A stretch of 11,464 nucleotides of DNA from Octopus sinensis (taxonomy: Eukaryota), in NCBI RefSeq assembly GCF_006345805.1, contig NW_021826944.1, positions 1 through 11,464 of the forward strand, in the 5' to 3' direction. A model generated the notes under the pieces. The model saw nothing but the letters and a program-made list of their open reading frames with translations, searched no databases and was not told the origin of the DNA. The position numbers were made by a program, and so were the translations under genes. Shown one piece after another: positions 8,654 through 11,464 of the stretch. Each line of letters begins with the position of its first letter. Position 1 is the first letter of the stretch.

Positions 8654-8943
8654 TCTAAAGTACATCGTGTTTACGTTTTGCCGACGGAGTTATTAAAATA
8701 CTACGAGTAGCGATCTCACGTTTTATTTATTGCATTATCAGTTGGATAATGCAATATATGTGAATTTGCTTATCTTGTATTACAGATAAGTACCGATATT
8801 ACACTGGGAAACAGAAAGAAGCTTTCTGCCTGGACTCTGTTTGTTTCTGTATGCGAGAGGGTGGGGGGAGGCATAGGAAGAGAGAGAAGATAGAGAAAGA
8901 GAGCTGGACATATAGCTGGAGATAAAAAAAGATTATTTCATGA

Positions 8944-8958
8944 TGTGTGTGTGTGTGC

Positions 8959-8995
<37 letters not shown>

Positions 8996-9493
8996 TGTGT
9001 GTGTGTATGTGTGTGTGTGTGTTTGTGTATACATCATACATCTATAGGCACACACAAGTACGTGTTTCTACATAAACATATATATTTTCGTATATGTATA
9101 CGCAAATGTATATCGATATATATAAATATATAAAAATATATATGCATATATATATATATATATATATATATACTCACACATATACCTACACACACACATA
9201 TATATATATATATGTATGTATGTATATAGGTATATATGTGAATATATATATATATGTATATATATATATGCATGTATATATTTTTTATATAAATATATAT
9301 ATATGTATATATATATATGTATATATATACATATATATATTCACACATATACATGTGTATTTATATATATATATATATGTATGTATCTATATGTAAAAAT
9401 GTATAAATGTGTATTTACATATAAGTATATATGTATATGTATGTATATATGTATGCATAAATATGTGTACGTAAATATATATTATATATGCAT

Positions 9494-9540
<47 letters not shown>
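8944..9540. repeat. (TG)n, long degenerate (TA)n mosaic, (TG)n
   Basis: Directly visible. Confidence 0.9.
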
Positions 9541-9541
<1 letters not shown>

Positions 9542-9769
9542 ATGTATGTGCATAGGTAGAAAATAGTAAGAAGCTGATAAGAGGGATTAAGTAACCAAAC
9601 AGACTGACAGACGATCAGTCAGACAGCCGGACAATCAGCCAGTCAGCGACGGCAGTCCGGAAGGCGGACAGGTGGCCAGGTGGGGAGGAGAAGGGGGGAT
9701 GAATACTCTTAGAATGATTTCATCCAACCAATAAGTCTATAAGCTACTTTGATTCGATCTCAACGCTTT

Positions 9770-10305
9770 GCAGCAGCACCGCCATTGCCACCACCACCAC
9801 TACCACTACAATCACTATCATTACTATCACCACCATCACTACCTCTAGTACCACTACTAACCCCGCTACCAATTCTAATTCTATGAAATTGTACAGACTC
9901 CAAATACTACACCAGCATTTCAACCATCCCTCATAAGTATTAAAATCGTTTATCACCATCTTCATCATCATTATTCTCTCACTCCTCCTCCTCCTCCTCC
10001 TCCTCCAATTCATCATCATCGTCGTCGTCGTTGTCGTCGTCACTATCCTCCTCTGTTTCAATCTCTCCTCGATCTCTTCTTTAAAGTCATTATTATTACC
10101 GCCATCATATCACTCGTAGTCAGCATCATCGTTGTCATCGTCGTCATCGTCATCATCATCATTATCATCATCACCATCATCCTCTTTAATACCGCCACCA
10201 CCACCATTGTTATCATCATCAATATCAACATCCTCCTATTCTACATCATCATCATCACCATAGTAATCATCATCATAATCATCATCATAGTCATTATCAT
10301 CATAT
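9770..10305. repeat. Mixed trinucleotide low-complexity tract (CAC/CAT/CCT/CGT)n
   Basis: Runs such as (CCT)n at about 9983-10005, (CGT)n at 10020-10040 and (CAT)n throughout. The D/E/G-rich minus-strand reading contains stops. Confidence 0.85.
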
Positions 10306-10398
10306 ATATATAATATATATAAATTAGAGAATTATACTACATTATACAATATTATATTATATCATATTATACTACCTAATATCATTATTATTATTATA

Positions 10399-10444
<46 letters not shown>

Positions 10445-10699
10445 CAGACATATTTATACTTATACACACACACATAGTCATTATCATCTACACCATCGTA
10501 ATGCCCGGCCCGTTGCCATCGTCTTTACAGACATCAATAGCATCCTCTCAATCATCAGCATTATCAGTAGCAGTTAGCAACATCATAAAATAGCGACTAA
10601 AGAATCATGAAAGAACGAAGGTAATAATTAGAAGCAACGGAAGCCAAAAAAGAGACAATAAACATATTAAAGCGAAAGGAAGTTTAACAATTCAACACA

Positions 10700-11032
10700 G
10701 CACACACAAACACACACACACACACACACACACACAACACACACACACTTACTCAGTCACTCATACACAGATACACACATACACACTTACTCACTCACTC
10801 ATACACACAAACGCACACACTCTCTCTCTCTCTCTCTCGCATACACATACAGACACACACACACGTACAGATACACACAAATACGAATTCACTTTTACAG
10901 ACGTTCAATTAGACAACTGAGCTGGTATATATGTCTATATAAACACACACGTTTCGTTCCTCTCTCTCTCTCTCTCTCTTTCCCATTCTCTCTGTTTCAC
11001 TCTCTCTCTCTCTCTCTCTCCATCTCTCTCTG
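10700..11032. repeat. (CA)n and (CT)n microsatellite mosaic
   Basis: Directly visible. Confidence 0.85.
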
Positions 11033-11464
11033 TACATCTATAAATATCAGTCAAACAATGTATAGGAAATAAACAAACGAACGGCAAACGGACACAGAAG
11101 GTCAAGTTGGAAGACATATACTAAATGCACAGACGAACGGAAAACAAATTCAGAAGGTCACCAACTCCTCGTCAGTTATGGTCAAGAGTGTAAAACGCAA
11201 TTTCGTGCCATAATCGATAATATTGCTTCCACTCTAGTGTCAACCGGCAAGAAACTTGCCGGGAATGAGACCAAAACATAACAAAATGAGACGGACAAAC
11301 AATAAATGGACGATCAAGCAATGTGGAAATGGACATACGAAACTGGATTAAAGTAATTCCAGACGAGACCGTTACTGGACGGGCAAGGGTTAAAATACGA
11401 TATATATATATATATGTATATATATATTTCGTCTTTTGCCTCTCTCTCTTTCTCTCTCTCTCTC

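Noticed and set aside
9744-10061. 105-aa ORF with poly-T, poly-R and poly-V
   Set aside because: Off-register reading of trinucleotide repeats with no domain signal or splice support.
606-11117. ORF track entries rich in YI, CV, HT, MYVC and TY repeats
   Set aside because: They are translations of dinucleotide and tetranucleotide microsatellites or of SINE sequence. Only 3132-3335 overlaps real (RTE) coding remnant.
11140-11180. CUGACGA-GGAG...UUCU-GAAU on the minus strand
   Set aside because: No A15.1, stem III or stem I pairing; likely chance.
11385-11392. AGGGTTAA-like piggyBac/TTAA element end
   Set aside because: No matching TTAACCCT end found in the window, and the motif is too short to call.

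Overview
AT-rich, microsatellite-saturated animal genomic DNA with no intact protein-coding gene. Almost all listed ORFs are translations of (TA)n/(CA)n/(CATA)n tracts. The SINE families and microsatellite density resemble those I recall from octopus (coleoid cephalopod) genomes; this assignment is recognition, not a search result. Best-supported content: a decayed RTE-type LINE fragment encoding part of the AP endonuclease (2700-3236, minus), and copies or fragments of three tRNA-derived SINE families, including a 184-bp-period tandem array. Signals worth follow-up: an 88-bp near-perfect fold-back palindrome (1723-1810), a hammerhead-shaped motif with a degenerate catalytic box inside an 11-bp inverted repeat (6813-6912), a permuted SINE array with palindromic junctions (5729-6069), and an RFX X-box plus Forkhead site in a CpG-rich unique island (about 8376-8720). 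I cannot demonstrate a novel system from sequence alone.
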